Virus record (IMG/VR): IMGVR_UViG_3300042895_002216 | Direction: 5' to 3' (one strand) | Length of the DNA: 64,000 nt | From: a virus | Taxonomy: Duplodnaviria; Heunggongvirae; Uroviricota; Caudoviricetes | In this document: positions 1 to 9,416 of the stretch, one piece after another | How positions within the stretch are numbered: the first letter of the stretch is position 1 | Layout: each line of letters opens with the position of its first letter | Made by a program: the position numbers and the translations under genes | Notes under the pieces: model-generated | Seen by the model: only the letters and a program-made list of their open reading frames with translations | What the model was told of the DNA's origin: nothing | Database searches by the model: none

Positions 1-146
1 TCCATGGCCAGTCAAGCTCAAACGTTGGTGGAGAGTCAAGTTGTGGGTATGGACCTGTAGAACCCGATTTATCTGGGACCTGAGCTATCAACACAACATT
101 TTTAAGAAGCGAAAGTAGCAGGCCCAGCTCTTGTATAAATAATTCC

Positions 147-650
147 ATGTTTAAGTACATTGCCGAAATATTAAAGAGCTTTACTCCAGCGCAGCGTATA
201 ACTGCCCTACTTATCCTGGTGTTTACGATTGTGATCGTGACGCTTGGACCTTCCACTATTGACCGCCACACGAACACGTGCGATGAACTTAATATTAGAA
301 TCGCAAGTCAGGAGAAACAAATCATTGCTCTTACCTCACAGGTCGAGCAGCTCAACTCAAATCTAATTTCCGGCCAGACCGAGTGTACGGCCAACCTGAT
401 TCAAAAGCAGCAAGAGATCATGAGTATCGTTAACCAAATGATTGATGAGACTCAGCGTAATATCAATTCTAAAAAGGTGCATGAAAGACGAATCATGCAC
501 GAAGAAATCGCACAGGACCCAAACGAGCCAAGGATGGCCTATTCAGTAGAGCCTGAACCTATACAAGTCCAGGTACCGGATGGCAAAGAGACCCTAATCA
601 AACTTAAGCAGCTAAAGACCAAGCTTCAAAAGACAATCGAAAAACAGTAA
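147..650 (+). CDS. hypothetical protein with N-terminal TM helix and coiled-coil region
   Basis: ORF of 167 aa with a hydrophobic N-terminal segment (ITALLILVFTIVIVTL) and heptad-like Q/E/L-rich stretches. No recognisable catalytic motif. Confidence 0.5.
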   Translation: MFKYIAEILKSFTPAQRITALLILVFTIVIVTLGPSTIDRHTNTCDELNIRIASQEKQIIALTSQVEQLNSNLISGQTECTANLIQKQQEIMSIVNQMIDETQRNINSKKVHERRIMHEEIAQDPNEPRMAYSVEPEPIQVQVPDGKETLIKLKQLKTKLQKTIEKQ

Positions 651-692
651 CTCTTGCTAATAAATAATCCTGTAAAAAAATACTAAATTACA

Positions 693-1145
693 ATGGATGA
701 ATTTTTAGCAATGATTAAATTATTTGCAGGCGGATACGAGCCAATCGGCTGGATGTACTGCGATGGTCGAGCGTTATCAATTAGAAACTACACTGCTCTG
801 TATGCAGTAATCGGAACAAATTTCGGCGGAGACGGTGTCAATACCTTCTGTTTGCCTGACCTTAGAGGTCGAGTTGCAGTTGGTGCAGGTTCAGGTAACG
901 GGCTGACTCCAGTTAATACTGGCGAAAAGGGTGGAACTGAAGCAAATGTTCTAACTCAACACCATGTTAACATTAATACCTTAACTAAAAATTTCGATAT
1001 CAAAGAAACTGGTAGAGATGGAGTTCCTAGTGTTGTAACAAGCGTAACTGCTTCAGAAGAATGGGCACCAATTAATAATCGCCAACCTTACCTAGGTATA
1101 AACTACATTATTTGCGTAGAAGGAGTATTTCCATCTAGAAGCTAA
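693..1145 (+). CDS. phage tail collar domain protein (T4 gp12-like Collar/MdpB domain)
   Basis: KLFAGGYEPIGWMYCDGRALSIRNYTALYAVIGTNFGGDGVNTFCLPDLRGRVAVGAG matches the conserved phage tail-collar fibre domain signature. An ATAAATAAT motif lies about 30 nt upstream. Confidence 0.7.
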   Translation: MDEFLAMIKLFAGGYEPIGWMYCDGRALSIRNYTALYAVIGTNFGGDGVNTFCLPDLRGRVAVGAGSGNGLTPVNTGEKGGTEANVLTQHHVNINTLTKNFDIKETGRDGVPSVVTSVTASEEWAPINNRQPYLGINYIICVEGVFPSRS

Positions 1146-1158
1146 TATAACTAGAGCA

Positions 1159-1461
1159 ATGAAGCACATTAAACTATTTGAAGAGATTAACCGAGAAGAC
1201 GAAGACGAATTATCTGCATTGGGCTTTGACACAGACGACCTTAAACTTAGACGATTTGCTCAACAAGTTTCGGACGAGATCCTTGACGAATACGATTATG
1301 CGGTAGACTCAGGCCGAATATCTGCTAGAGAATATTCCCCCGAAGAAATGTACAAGTACGTAAAGGAACTTTGTTCAGACAACGATATCACAGCAGACGA
1401 AGTAATTGCTGACTTTGAATGGCGCTCGATTACTTGGGAACTTGGGCTTGGAAACATATAA
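1159..1461 (+). CDS. leader-family small acidic protein (MKHIKLFEE N-terminus)
   Basis: 100-aa ORF starting MKHIKLFEEINREDEDELSALGFD. The N-terminus is shared with more than 15 paralogous leaders elsewhere in the window. Confidence 0.6.
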   Translation: MKHIKLFEEINREDEDELSALGFDTDDLKLRRFAQQVSDEILDEYDYAVDSGRISAREYSPEEMYKYVKELCSDNDITADEVIADFEWRSITWELGLGNI

Positions 1462-1481
1462 ACCTTATAATTTAACAACTA

Positions 1482-1877
1482 ATGAAAATTGAAGTATCTA
1501 CTGGCGAGATCTTAGATAAACTTTCTATCCTAGAAATTAAGCTTGAGCATATCTTAGACCCAGTTAAACGAAATAACGTGTTACAGGAATATGTAATACT
1601 GGTAGCAGCCGCCGAAGAAATATATGATGCAACTCTTGAAACAGAAGAGCTTAGGGTTCTTTATTTAGATTTACTAAATATTAATAAAACACTATGGAAC
1701 ATCGAAGATCAAATCAGAGAATGCGAACGAGATGAAAGTTTCGGGTCTGATTTTATTGAACTTGCAAGGTCTGTGTACTACACAAACGATGACAGAGCTG
1801 AGGTAAAGAAACAGATTAATGCGTTAACCGGTTCTAAATTAGTTGAAGAAAAATCTTACCAAGACTATCAGAACTAA
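1482..1877 (+). CDS. hypothetical protein
   Basis: 131-aa ORF in tight spacing after the previous gene. Followed by the hairpin terminator at 1936-1966. Confidence 0.5.
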   Translation: MKIEVSTGEILDKLSILEIKLEHILDPVKRNNVLQEYVILVAAAEEIYDATLETEELRVLYLDLLNINKTLWNIEDQIRECERDESFGSDFIELARSVYYTNDDRAEVKKQINALTGSKLVEEKSYQDYQN

Positions 1878-1935
1878 CAAGCGTTTGTGATCGATTAAAT
1901 CAACAGCAACCTTTACGATTTCATTCGTATTGCTA

Positions 1936-1966
1936 ATGGGCCTCAGGAAACTGTAGCCCATTTTTT
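1936..1966 (+). terminator. intrinsic terminator
   Basis: ATGGGC-ctcaggaaactgta-GCCCAT hairpin followed by TTTTTT. Confidence 0.6.
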
Positions 1967-2150
1967 AGTATAATAATCCTAACAGCAAGCCCTCTGCTTA
2001 GCGCTGAGTAAGGATCGAAGACGGGGATAGCCTCTTGACCGTTAGGTTAGAGTACTTCGGTACTCTTTAGTCAATGCGCACTACGCCCACCGAATCGTGT
2101 GTCGGCACAGTTTGTACGTTCTGGGGGTAATACAAAAACGTACATTTTTA

Positions 2151-2250
2151 GTCAGGAGTCCATTGGTTGGAAGCACCTCCCCAAGGTTGAGTAGCGGTAA
2201 GGCCGACTCTTTATGGCAAAGCGGTAACAGGTTCGAATCCTGTCCTGACT
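2151..2250 (+). ncRNA. atypical tRNA-like element, identity unresolved
   Basis: 5' GTCAGGA pairs with 3' TCCTGAC, and a canonical T-arm (CAGGTTCGAATCCTG) is present. About 71 nt of non-cloverleaf sequence lies between them. Acceptor and T-arm are identical to the element at 53354-53472. Upstream (2020-2150) are strong hairpins including a GAGTAC-UUCG-GTACTC tetraloop. Confidence 0.4.
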
Positions 2251-2369
2251 TCTAAAATTAAAAAGTAGAGTATGAATCGTAGACAGGCAATAGCAAAGCT
2301 TATTATTATTTTAGCTAGCGTTACTATATCCGTATGGGCAATCGCTCAGCTCTTAATTGCTGTACAATA

Positions 2370-2801
2370 ATGGAAACACTTCAAATATGGACGGACGGTA
2401 GTTCGTTAGGAAATCCTGGCCCAGGCGGTTGGGGCGTAGTCATGAAATTCCGAGGCAAGACCATGGAATTATCTGGATCTACACCGGCCACGACAAACAA
2501 TCGAATGGAACTCACTGCCGTGGTTGAGGCTCTTGAAACAATTCCCAAGACAAAGTATCCAGTCAAGATCGAGTCAGACTCTAAATACGTGGTTGACTCA
2601 ATCTCTAAGGGTTGGGTTGACAATTGGGCAAGGAAGCCTGATTTCGCAGGTAAAAAGAACGAGGATCTTTGGAGAAGATACTTGATGGTTGCTCCTAACT
2701 TCGACTTGACTATCAGTTGGGTTAAGGGTCATAACGGCCATCCTGAAAACGAGCGTTGCGATTACTTAGCAACGACCGCAGCAAAAAATCAGAAACTTTA
2801 A
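2370..2801 (+). CDS. rnhA: ribonuclease HI
   Basis: WTDGSSLGNPGPGGWG, TNNRMEL, DSKYVV and VKGHNGHPENERCDYLA match the RNase H catalytic motifs (D-E-D-D). Start chosen at METLQIW. Confidence 0.85.
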   Translation: METLQIWTDGSSLGNPGPGGWGVVMKFRGKTMELSGSTPATTNNRMELTAVVEALETIPKTKYPVKIESDSKYVVDSISKGWVDNWARKPDFAGKKNEDLWRRYLMVAPNFDLTISWVKGHNGHPENERCDYLATTAAKNQKL

Positions 2802-2923
2802 ATTATGTTAGATATGGAAAATTACCCAAAATGGTTGAATAACCTAATCTATTTCTTTGCAGGAATAGGCTTCTCTCAAATCTTGATCAGAGTATTAGAT
2901 TGGTACGTAGGATAAATAATCCT

Positions 2924-3505
2924 ATGAAGCATATTAAACTTTTTGAGAACTGGTTTCAGGACGTAGAAGATAACGTTGATCGTAAGAGATTTGCGCCTGA
3001 GCTAGAACCTGAAGAGACTAAACCTGCTGAGACTGAAGAAGACCCGGCTGAACCTGAAGAGGAGAAGCCCGATACTCAGGAAGAACCTAAAGCAGAAGAG
3101 CCTACTGAGCCAGAGACATATTCCGGTTGGTTAAAGACCCAAGCTGGCGTAAGCGAAGTTGTTGAAGCTGAAGAAGGTACAGACAATTCAAATGGTTGGG
3201 TTCGCTTGTCAAATGGAGTATCCATTCAATGGGAAATCGATATGCGAGACTATCCGTTCCTTTCCGTAAGTTATATGCTTGATAAAAAAGTAATTCAGTT
3301 AGCTGATAATCCAGCCGGCGATCTTGCTCGACAATTCTACAAAGAGGGCCGTGAATACATTCCTAGAGAATGGGAGTCTGTTGTAATTAAAATAGGTGCA
3401 GGTGTTCCAGCCTTGATAAAGGATGCAATTGCTTCAAACAAGCGACGAATGAAGGAGCAGGACGAGATCTTATCAGGTCAAATCGTTGCAGCTTTTAGCA
3501 AATAA
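2924..3505 (+). CDS. leader-family protein with acidic Pro/Glu-rich linker
   Basis: Starts MKHIKLFENW, followed by a PEEEKPDTQEEPKAEEPTEPE low-complexity stretch and a C-terminal globular part. ATAAATAAT at 2912-2920. Confidence 0.6.
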   Translation: MKHIKLFENWFQDVEDNVDRKRFAPELEPEETKPAETEEDPAEPEEEKPDTQEEPKAEEPTEPETYSGWLKTQAGVSEVVEAEEGTDNSNGWVRLSNGVSIQWEIDMRDYPFLSVSYMLDKKVIQLADNPAGDLARQFYKEGREYIPREWESVVIKIGAGVPALIKDAIASNKRRMKEQDEILSGQIVAAFSK

Positions 3506-3513
3506 ATAACTCT

Positions 3514-3828
3514 ATGAAGCAGCACGTAAACCTATTCGAAGAATTCGATAACGACCAAGAAGAATTAAAATCCATGGGCTTCCGTAGCAAGCCAGACGGT
3601 TCACCTGACGAAAGATTCGACGAAGCTGTATCAGAGTGGTATCAAGATCCTGAAGTAACTGCAGCAATCGCTCTTCTTAAAAGAAAATCAACTGAAATCC
3701 TTGAAAAATGGATAGATTTTTCAGACGATGAGGATGAAACTGAATTTGACCAACGAGTATCATGGGTATACGACAATGGAGTTGATGACGTAGGCTGGTT
3801 TGAATTCGTAACAATGCTTGATAATTAA
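3514..3828 (+). CDS. leader-family small acidic protein
   Basis: MKQHVNLFEEFDNDQEELKSMGFRS is paralogous to the 1159 ORF N-terminus. ATAAATAAC at 3502-3510. Confidence 0.6.
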   Translation: MKQHVNLFEEFDNDQEELKSMGFRSKPDGSPDERFDEAVSEWYQDPEVTAAIALLKRKSTEILEKWIDFSDDEDETEFDQRVSWVYDNGVDDVGWFEFVTMLDN

Positions 3829-3851
3829 TTACTACTATATAAAATTAAAGC

Positions 3852-3878
3852 AAAGGCTTCCACATGGAAGCCTTTGTT
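3852..3878 (+). terminator. intrinsic terminator
   Basis: AAAGGCTTCC-acat-GGAAGCCTTTG hairpin. It lies inside the annotated 5' end of the 3818 ORF, which argues for the downstream start at 3893. Confidence 0.5.
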
Positions 3879-3892
3879 GGTATAGTAGAATA

Positions 3893-4417
3893 ATGGAATA
3901 CGAACAACTCATTCAAGGCTGTATTGAAAACAATAGAGAATACCAAAAGACCCTGTTCGATAAGTTTGCTGGTAAATTCATGACTATCGCAAAGAGGTAC
4001 ATGAAAGACCCTATGTTAGCCGAAGACGTATTGATGGAAGGATTTTATAAAATATACAAGAATCTTGGGAAATTCAAAGGAGAAGGTTCCTTTGAAGGGT
4101 GGATGAGACGAATCATCGTGAATACTGCGCTTACTAAACTCAAGCAGAACAAGCACGAGTTTAATGAGTGTAACTTAGTAACAGCGGAGGCAGTCAGTAT
4201 AGATCCAACTTACTATGAAACAGCATCAGCCGAAGAGTTAATGTCTCTGATTAGCACTCTTCCGATTGGATATCGTACCGTTTTTAACATGTACGTAATT
4301 GACGGATTTTCCCATAGGGAAATTGCAAAGGAACTTAACATACAAGAAGCCTCAAGTAGATCACAGCTATTTAAGGCAAAGGATTTTTTACAAAAACGAA
4401 TAAACCCAAATACATGA
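3893..4417 (+). CDS. ECF-type sigma-70 family RNA polymerase sigma factor
   Basis: Region-2-like segment (FDKFAGKFMTIAKRYMKDPMLAEDVLMEGFYKIYKNLGKFKGEGSFEGWMRRIIVNTA) and region-4-like HTH (YRTVFNMYVIDGFSHREIAKELNIQEASSRSQLFKAKDFLQKRI). Start set after the terminator. Confidence 0.8.
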   Translation: MEYEQLIQGCIENNREYQKTLFDKFAGKFMTIAKRYMKDPMLAEDVLMEGFYKIYKNLGKFKGEGSFEGWMRRIIVNTALTKLKQNKHEFNECNLVTAEAVSIDPTYYETASAEELMSLISTLPIGYRTVFNMYVIDGFSHREIAKELNIQEASSRSQLFKAKDFLQKRINPNT

Positions 4418-4506
4418 AAAATTGGAAATCAAATGATTGGCTCGGATTCTTGCTTGTTGCAGGATGGTTCGTCTTTATCGCTTGGATTGCTATCAAGTTC
4501 GGATAG
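4414..4506 (+). CDS. 30-aa single-TM peptide, ATGA-coupled to the sigma factor gene
   Basis: MKNWKSNDWLGFLLVAGWFVFIAWIAIKFG. Its ATG overlaps the sigma gene's TGA. Too short for a confident call. Confidence 0.3.
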   Translation: MKNWKSNDWLGFLLVAGWFVFIAWIAIKFG

Positions 4507-4540
4507 CCCACGGATAAATAACCAAAAGAATTAATCTTTA

Positions 4541-4765
4541 ATGCAACATATTAAATTATTCGAACAATTTATAGCAGAATTCACAATGACTGAGCCGATT
4601 GTTAAACCTGCGCCAGTTAAAGAGCCTAGCACTCGACCTGCAACTAGACCCAAACCTAGTCCAATTCCTAGCAAACAACCGTTTAAACAACCTGAGCCAG
4701 CTAAGGCTCAAGCTGAGGATGTAATTGCTCGCCTAAAAAGTCTAGAATCAAATGAAGAGCTTTAA
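4541..4765 (+). CDS. leader-family Pro-rich small protein
   Basis: MQHIKLFEQF followed by a P/K/A-rich repeat region. ATAAATAAC at 4514-4522. Confidence 0.55.
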   Translation: MQHIKLFEQFIAEFTMTEPIVKPAPVKEPSTRPATRPKPSPIPSKQPFKQPEPAKAQAEDVIARLKSLESNEEL

Positions 4766-6110
4766 AACATTCTTAAATGAAGCTGACATTCGTCAGAACC
4801 CAGCAATAACTCCAGAATACTTAGGATCTCTTGATAAACGAGCAGAACAGAGCGCTCGTGAAGTTGAACAGAGACACGGTCGAGATATGGGTAGCCTAAT
4901 GAGAGCTGTCCGTGAAGTACAGATGTTACAACGCGGTAAAGAACGCCAGCTTGAAGAGTTAACTACTTCAGTAATCCTAAGCCAGTACGGTTCAATTCTT
5001 GGAGAAACTGAGTTAGACATTAAGATTCCAAACGATCCTCGTGAAATGAAAGCGAAGATGAAGGAGACTGATGACGACGATCAAGAAGATCAGGACAAAC
5101 CCAATTTCAAAGAGATTGAGGATGAGGATACTAAAACAGCAATCAATAAACGTAAGATCCTAAACATGATCGCTCAAGGCGAAGCCATTAATTCAAAGAA
5201 GATGTTAATGGGCGATGAGAACATGGAAGGTCTAACTCAATTATTTGGAGAGGCTAATGCCCGTAAAATGGTAGAGCTGCTAGTTACGATTACTGATATT
5301 TGTAATGCTAGAGACTGGAGAATACCTGAAGAGGTTGGAGCAAAAATGATTGAGCAAGGAGATTCCCTTGCCGGTATTTCAAAAATTGAATGGAAACCTA
5401 AATCTAAAAAGGATAACGATGATGATCAAGGTCAAGAAGACGGAGAGTCTGAAGAAGAGACAGTTGACGAAACGACTGTTCCTACCTTAGTTATTAGAGG
5501 AATGGACCAAGCAATGTTATTCCATGAATCTATTAAAGCAATTTGGGGACTGATTAATCAAGGAGGTCTTGCTAATCTAGACGATGAGACTATCCGAAAA
5601 GTGTTCATGAATACTGATACTGCCGCTGACGAAGTACAGGATCTTAAACGTGCTAAATTAACTGCAGCTGATCTTAGAGATTTTATCCAATCTTTCGAAG
5701 AAGTATTTGATATTGAAAACGGTAGAGAATACGTATGGGGTAAAATGATTGACTCAACAGTCGTATCTGATTCTGACTTCTTGGACCTAATGAAATTAAT
5801 ATTCACAGCAGCTCCGTTATACAGAACAGTTGGCGAACAGGAACCTCAATACACAGAGTCTGAAATCGCTGCTGCTAAAGAATCTTTTCCTAAAGCCAAA
5901 GCCATAGTAAATAACTTGATCCGTCTAATTAAACAGGAACTTGCTGATTGGGAAGACTCTCAATCTGATTCTAGCTACGATGAGCCTGACTTTACTATGC
6001 CAGCCAACGATAGAGAACTTGATCAAGTTGATATTCAGAACATGATTGATGCAGCTCTAGATAATAGAGACTTCGCTGAAGTTGAAAGGTTAAGTAACTT
6101 ACTTAAATAA
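4752..6110 (+). CDS. leader-family large acidic protein
   Basis: MKSFKTFLNEADIR N-terminus (K-x-F-x-x-F-x-NEA variant of the leader). 452 aa with D/E-rich segments. 14-nt overlap with the upstream gene. Confidence 0.6.
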   Translation: MKSFKTFLNEADIRQNPAITPEYLGSLDKRAEQSAREVEQRHGRDMGSLMRAVREVQMLQRGKERQLEELTTSVILSQYGSILGETELDIKIPNDPREMKAKMKETDDDDQEDQDKPNFKEIEDEDTKTAINKRKILNMIAQGEAINSKKMLMGDENMEGLTQLFGEANARKMVELLVTITDICNARDWRIPEEVGAKMIEQGDSLAGISKIEWKPKSKKDNDDDQGQEDGESEEETVDETTVPTLVIRGMDQAMLFHESIKAIWGLINQGGLANLDDETIRKVFMNTDTAADEVQDLKRAKLTAADLRDFIQSFEEVFDIENGREYVWGKMIDSTVVSDSDFLDLMKLIFTAAPLYRTVGEQEPQYTESEIAAAKESFPKAKAIVNNLIRLIKQELADWEDSQSDSSYDEPDFTMPANDRELDQVDIQNMIDAALDNRDFAEVERLSNLLK

Positions 6111-6113
6111 GTA

Positions 6114-6959
6114 ATGAAGCATCTTAAGATATTTGAAAGTTGGGTCAACGAATCCCTTACTGCTGATCAAATCGCTGATAAAATTCAAATAGCCGTTGCT
6201 GGTTCAGGAACTGCAGAGGGTGATTTAGTATCAGCAATCAAGTCTATTCCCGATGCTGCATCCATGGTTCGTGTAAACAAAGCACTTAAAACCGGGTTCG
6301 ATACAAAGAGCTGGGATTACGCAAGTGTTGGCGATGCAATTACCGGAGAACTTGGATCCTTTGATCAAGATTACTTGGATCAAATCAACACTCACATAAA
6401 GAATATTAGAGCTGAGAAGTACTTAGGATCTTTCGTTGCTCCTCCTCCACCTGAAGATACAGTATTAAAGGTTATTGAGCCTAGGGTAATCCAACATGAA
6501 GGCTACAAACCAAAGAAGTACATAGACTCTAAAGGAAATCCAACAGTCGGTGTAGGATTCAATCTAAACCGCTCTGACTCAACGTCAATGCTTAGGTCAG
6601 TTGGTGCAAATCCAATAAAGATAAAGTCAGGCCAGTCTGCATTAACCGATCAGCAGATTAAAGCTCTTCTGCATACTGATCTTCAAGCCGCAAAGTCTTT
6701 AGCTAAAACTTTAGTATCAGATAATGGGAAAGTCAGCATAGCTAAAGTTTGGCCAAGCTTGCCACAATCAGTACAAGGAGTCTTAATTGAAATGGTATTT
6801 AATTTAGGAGCTAAAGGCCTATCTGAGTTTAACACGTTTCTACTTCACATAGCTTCAAAGAATTTCAAGGCTGCATCCAAAGAGATGTTAAATTCTTCAT
6901 GGGCAAAACAGGTCGGTAATCGAGCAATAACTCTATCTAACATTGTTAAATCTGCATAA
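6114..6959 (+). CDS. leader-family protein with GH24 (T4-lysozyme-like) domain
   Basis: MKHLKIFESWVNE leader. HEGYKPKKYIDSKGNPTVGVGFNL carries the Glu/Asp/Thr catalytic arrangement of T4-type lysozyme. Confidence 0.75.
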   Translation: MKHLKIFESWVNESLTADQIADKIQIAVAGSGTAEGDLVSAIKSIPDAASMVRVNKALKTGFDTKSWDYASVGDAITGELGSFDQDYLDQINTHIKNIRAEKYLGSFVAPPPPEDTVLKVIEPRVIQHEGYKPKKYIDSKGNPTVGVGFNLNRSDSTSMLRSVGANPIKIKSGQSALTDQQIKALLHTDLQAAKSLAKTLVSDNGKVSIAKVWPSLPQSVQGVLIEMVFNLGAKGLSEFNTFLLHIASKNFKAASKEMLNSSWAKQVGNRAITLSNIVKSA

Positions 6960-6980
6960 CTTTAGTATATTATTACTAAG

Positions 6981-7403
6981 ATGATAGCAGAAAACCGAAA
7001 AGCCCGACACGAATACACATTTTTAGAGACATGGACCGCTGGGATCTCCTTAACTGGATCAGAGGTCAAGTCAATTAAGGCGGGTAACCTTGACTTTACT
7101 GGATCCTGGTGCGAACTTCGGTCAGGTGAATGCTTCTGTCGAGAACTGTACATAAAAGAATCAACCTCAGCATACAGTCACCAAGGTAAACGAGAGAGGA
7201 AGCTACTCTTAACTAAAAAGGAACTAAAGAAACTAAATAAACTGATGGACAGGGGCCTCACAATCGTTCCAGTAAAGATCTTCGTTAACTCGTCAGGTTT
7301 AATTAAGATTGCGATTGCTCTAGCCAAAGGAAAGAAGGATTGGGATAAGCGACATGTTATTAAAGAACGAGATCTCAGCCGAGCTTTAACCTCTGAATAC
7401 TAG
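6981..7403 (+). CDS. smpB: SsrA-binding protein SmpB
   Basis: NRKARHEYTFLETWTAGISLTGSEVKSIKAGNLDF ... RKLLLTKKELKKL ... IALAKGKKDWDKRHVIKERD aligns motif-by-motif with bacterial SmpB. The TAGTATATTAT motif at 6963-6973 sits immediately upstream, so the mRNA is probably leaderless. Confidence 0.85.
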   Translation: MIAENRKARHEYTFLETWTAGISLTGSEVKSIKAGNLDFTGSWCELRSGECFCRELYIKESTSAYSHQGKRERKLLLTKKELKKLNKLMDRGLTIVPVKIFVNSSGLIKIAIALAKGKKDWDKRHVIKERDLSRALTSEY

Positions 7404-7432
7404 AATAAATAACCCTGAAATAATTACATTAA

Positions 7433-8266
7433 ATGCCAAAGTACATTAAATTATTTGAAGCTTTCCAAAACGAAGCCCAAGCATATAAGTTCGATCCAAC
7501 TAAATCAGTCTTAACTGGAGCTGCAGTATACAGTGCTGGAACATCATACGCTAAATTTACACTAGGTCGAATCTATATTGCGACTGAAGATAATGAATCC
7601 ACCAAAAAAGCACCAGGAAACGTATTAGTCCTTTTAACGGCTAAGAACAAGGACGTTGAGAAAAAACTTACTGATCTTGGTGGAGTGGCTGCGGCTCTTC
7701 AAGCTAGCGAAATTAACGAACCGCCTGCAGCTGGAGGTGGAGTCTACAAGTATCAAGCATCCTACATATTTAATTTAACTGATCCAGTTGCAGGAGATCA
7801 AATTCTTGGTAAAATTGCAGCTGCTATTAACACAGCACCGACTGGTTCAACTGGAACAAGCGGTACAGCTGGAACTGCTGGAAGCAAGGGAGATTACGCA
7901 GAAGGTTTCTTTGGAAAAGATATTATGACAGCTTTTAGATCGCATGTCGCCGATGTTACTGGAGTTGCATATCAAGCAGCAACCAGTATTCCAGCGTATC
8001 AAGCATCTCTTCAAAACAAGGAACTAAACAAGAGACTTAATTCGGATGCTGAATTTTTAAAGTTAATGAAAGAGGTTGAAGAGCAAGCTAAGTTAACAAA
8101 CGTTGTTGACTTTACTACTGGAAAAACGAAGGATGGAAAGATCGATGCAAAATATCTTGAAATAAGAAAAAAGGTTGCAGCTAGAACTGAAGTAATTAAA
8201 AGTCAGTTAATGAATGCTGGTTCTACCGGTACATCAGGTACGGCTGGTACCGCAGGTAAAATCTAA
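7433..8266 (+). CDS. leader-family protein with Gly-X-Y (collagen-like) repeats
   Basis: MPKYIKLFEAF leader. GSTGTSGTAGTAG occurs twice. ATAAATAAC at 7405-7413. Confidence 0.6.
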   Translation: MPKYIKLFEAFQNEAQAYKFDPTKSVLTGAAVYSAGTSYAKFTLGRIYIATEDNESTKKAPGNVLVLLTAKNKDVEKKLTDLGGVAAALQASEINEPPAAGGGVYKYQASYIFNLTDPVAGDQILGKIAAAINTAPTGSTGTSGTAGTAGSKGDYAEGFFGKDIMTAFRSHVADVTGVAYQAATSIPAYQASLQNKELNKRLNSDAEFLKLMKEVEEQAKLTNVVDFTTGKTKDGKIDAKYLEIRKKVAARTEVIKSQLMNAGSTGTSGTAGTAGKI

Positions 8267-8276
8267 TTAATTGTTA

Positions 8277-9416
8277 ATGAAGCACTTACAACTGTTTGAA
8301 AACTGGAAAGACGAATTATCTACAAGCCAATCTCAATTGGCTGAGCTCGATGCTCTGCGCGATTTCGCAATTATATCAGCAGACGATTACGCTCAACAAG
8401 GAAAGGCTCTTCTGAGCAAGATCGCTGGAATTAATCGTAAACTTCTTAAAGACGCTGATGCGACTCATCCTCGATGGTCAGCTGAGTGGTTAGCTGAAAT
8501 TTCTGAGTACCCTTCTCTTACTTGGTTAACTGATTCGCTAGCTTCGCCTGAATTACAGTCACTATTGGCAAAAGGATTTTATCCATGTTCAAGTAATATT
8601 CAACTGGGAAACCGTACCTTAATGCTATCTAAAAATCCTAACTATTCTCCATTAACTGATACAGCAATTGGATTCTTTTCTTCAATTAATGTAGTACGTC
8701 GAATCGTGCAGAAGCCTAATCCTAAGATGACTTACATGGATCAAAAGCTTAAAGAACTAGATGGAGGTCTTTCTCCAGTAGAGTTCATGAAGCAGGCAAG
8801 TCTATGGGTTCAGGAGAATTTAGTTCTAGAAGTAGACTACCTTCCAAGTAAAAGAGCTTATGCAAGTGATGTAAAGAAAGAGAATCAAGTCGAATTAATG
8901 TATTCAACTCTTGAGACTAAATTTGCAGAGCGCGGCGTTAATTTAGATAGAACACAAATTAAAGCTCTTCCAATTCGAGGTCTGTATCACGGGTCAGTTG
9001 AGATGGCAAAATTAATAAAGCTGCTACAAAAGCAAACCGATCAGTCAAAACCTCTTGAGCTGCCGTTAAACGAGTGGAGTAAATACACTCAGTCAGAAAT
9101 AGATGCAATGTCTAATCCTAATTTAGTATGGACCGTTTCAGCAAACGGCCAGCTCCGATTTGGGTTAGGCTACCCTTACGACAACAATATCCCAACCGAT
9201 ATTAGCAGATTAAATATCAAGCTTGAGTCTACGACTATTCTTGATTACGTATCGGCTGCTAGTACTCAGGTTACGAATCAGTTATTAACTAAATTATCTC
9301 AAGCTGGACTGCAATTCATACAGAAGCTTGAGTGTCCAACTGAAGAGATTGACTTGGACATGTACCCAACTATTCAAGTTAATGAAATCAAAAATATCAG
9401 AGACCAACGTCGATGA
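8277..9416 (+). CDS. leader-family protein
   Basis: MKHLQLFENWKDEL leader. 380 aa. Confidence 0.6.
   Translation: MKHLQLFENWKDELSTSQSQLAELDALRDFAIISADDYAQQGKALLSKIAGINRKLLKDADATHPRWSAEWLAEISEYPSLTWLTDSLASPELQSLLAKGFYPCSSNIQLGNRTLMLSKNPNYSPLTDTAIGFFSSINVVRRIVQKPNPKMTYMDQKLKELDGGLSPVEFMKQASLWVQENLVLEVDYLPSKRAYASDVKKENQVELMYSTLETKFAERGVNLDRTQIKALPIRGLYHGSVEMAKLIKLLQKQTDQSKPLELPLNEWSKYTQSEIDAMSNPNLVWTVSANGQLRFGLGYPYDNNIPTDISRLNIKLESTTILDYVSAASTQVTNQLLTKLSQAGLQFIQKLECPTEEIDLDMYPTIQVNEIKNIRDQRR

Noticed and set aside
2020-2250. A tmRNA partner for SmpB in the structured region upstream of RNase H.
   Set aside because: There is no 5' GGGG/3' CCA-paired acceptor enclosing a tag ORF, and no reading frame ending in a typical ..(Y)ALAA tag. 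The element has tRNA-like ends only, so it was kept as an unresolved tRNA-like RNA.
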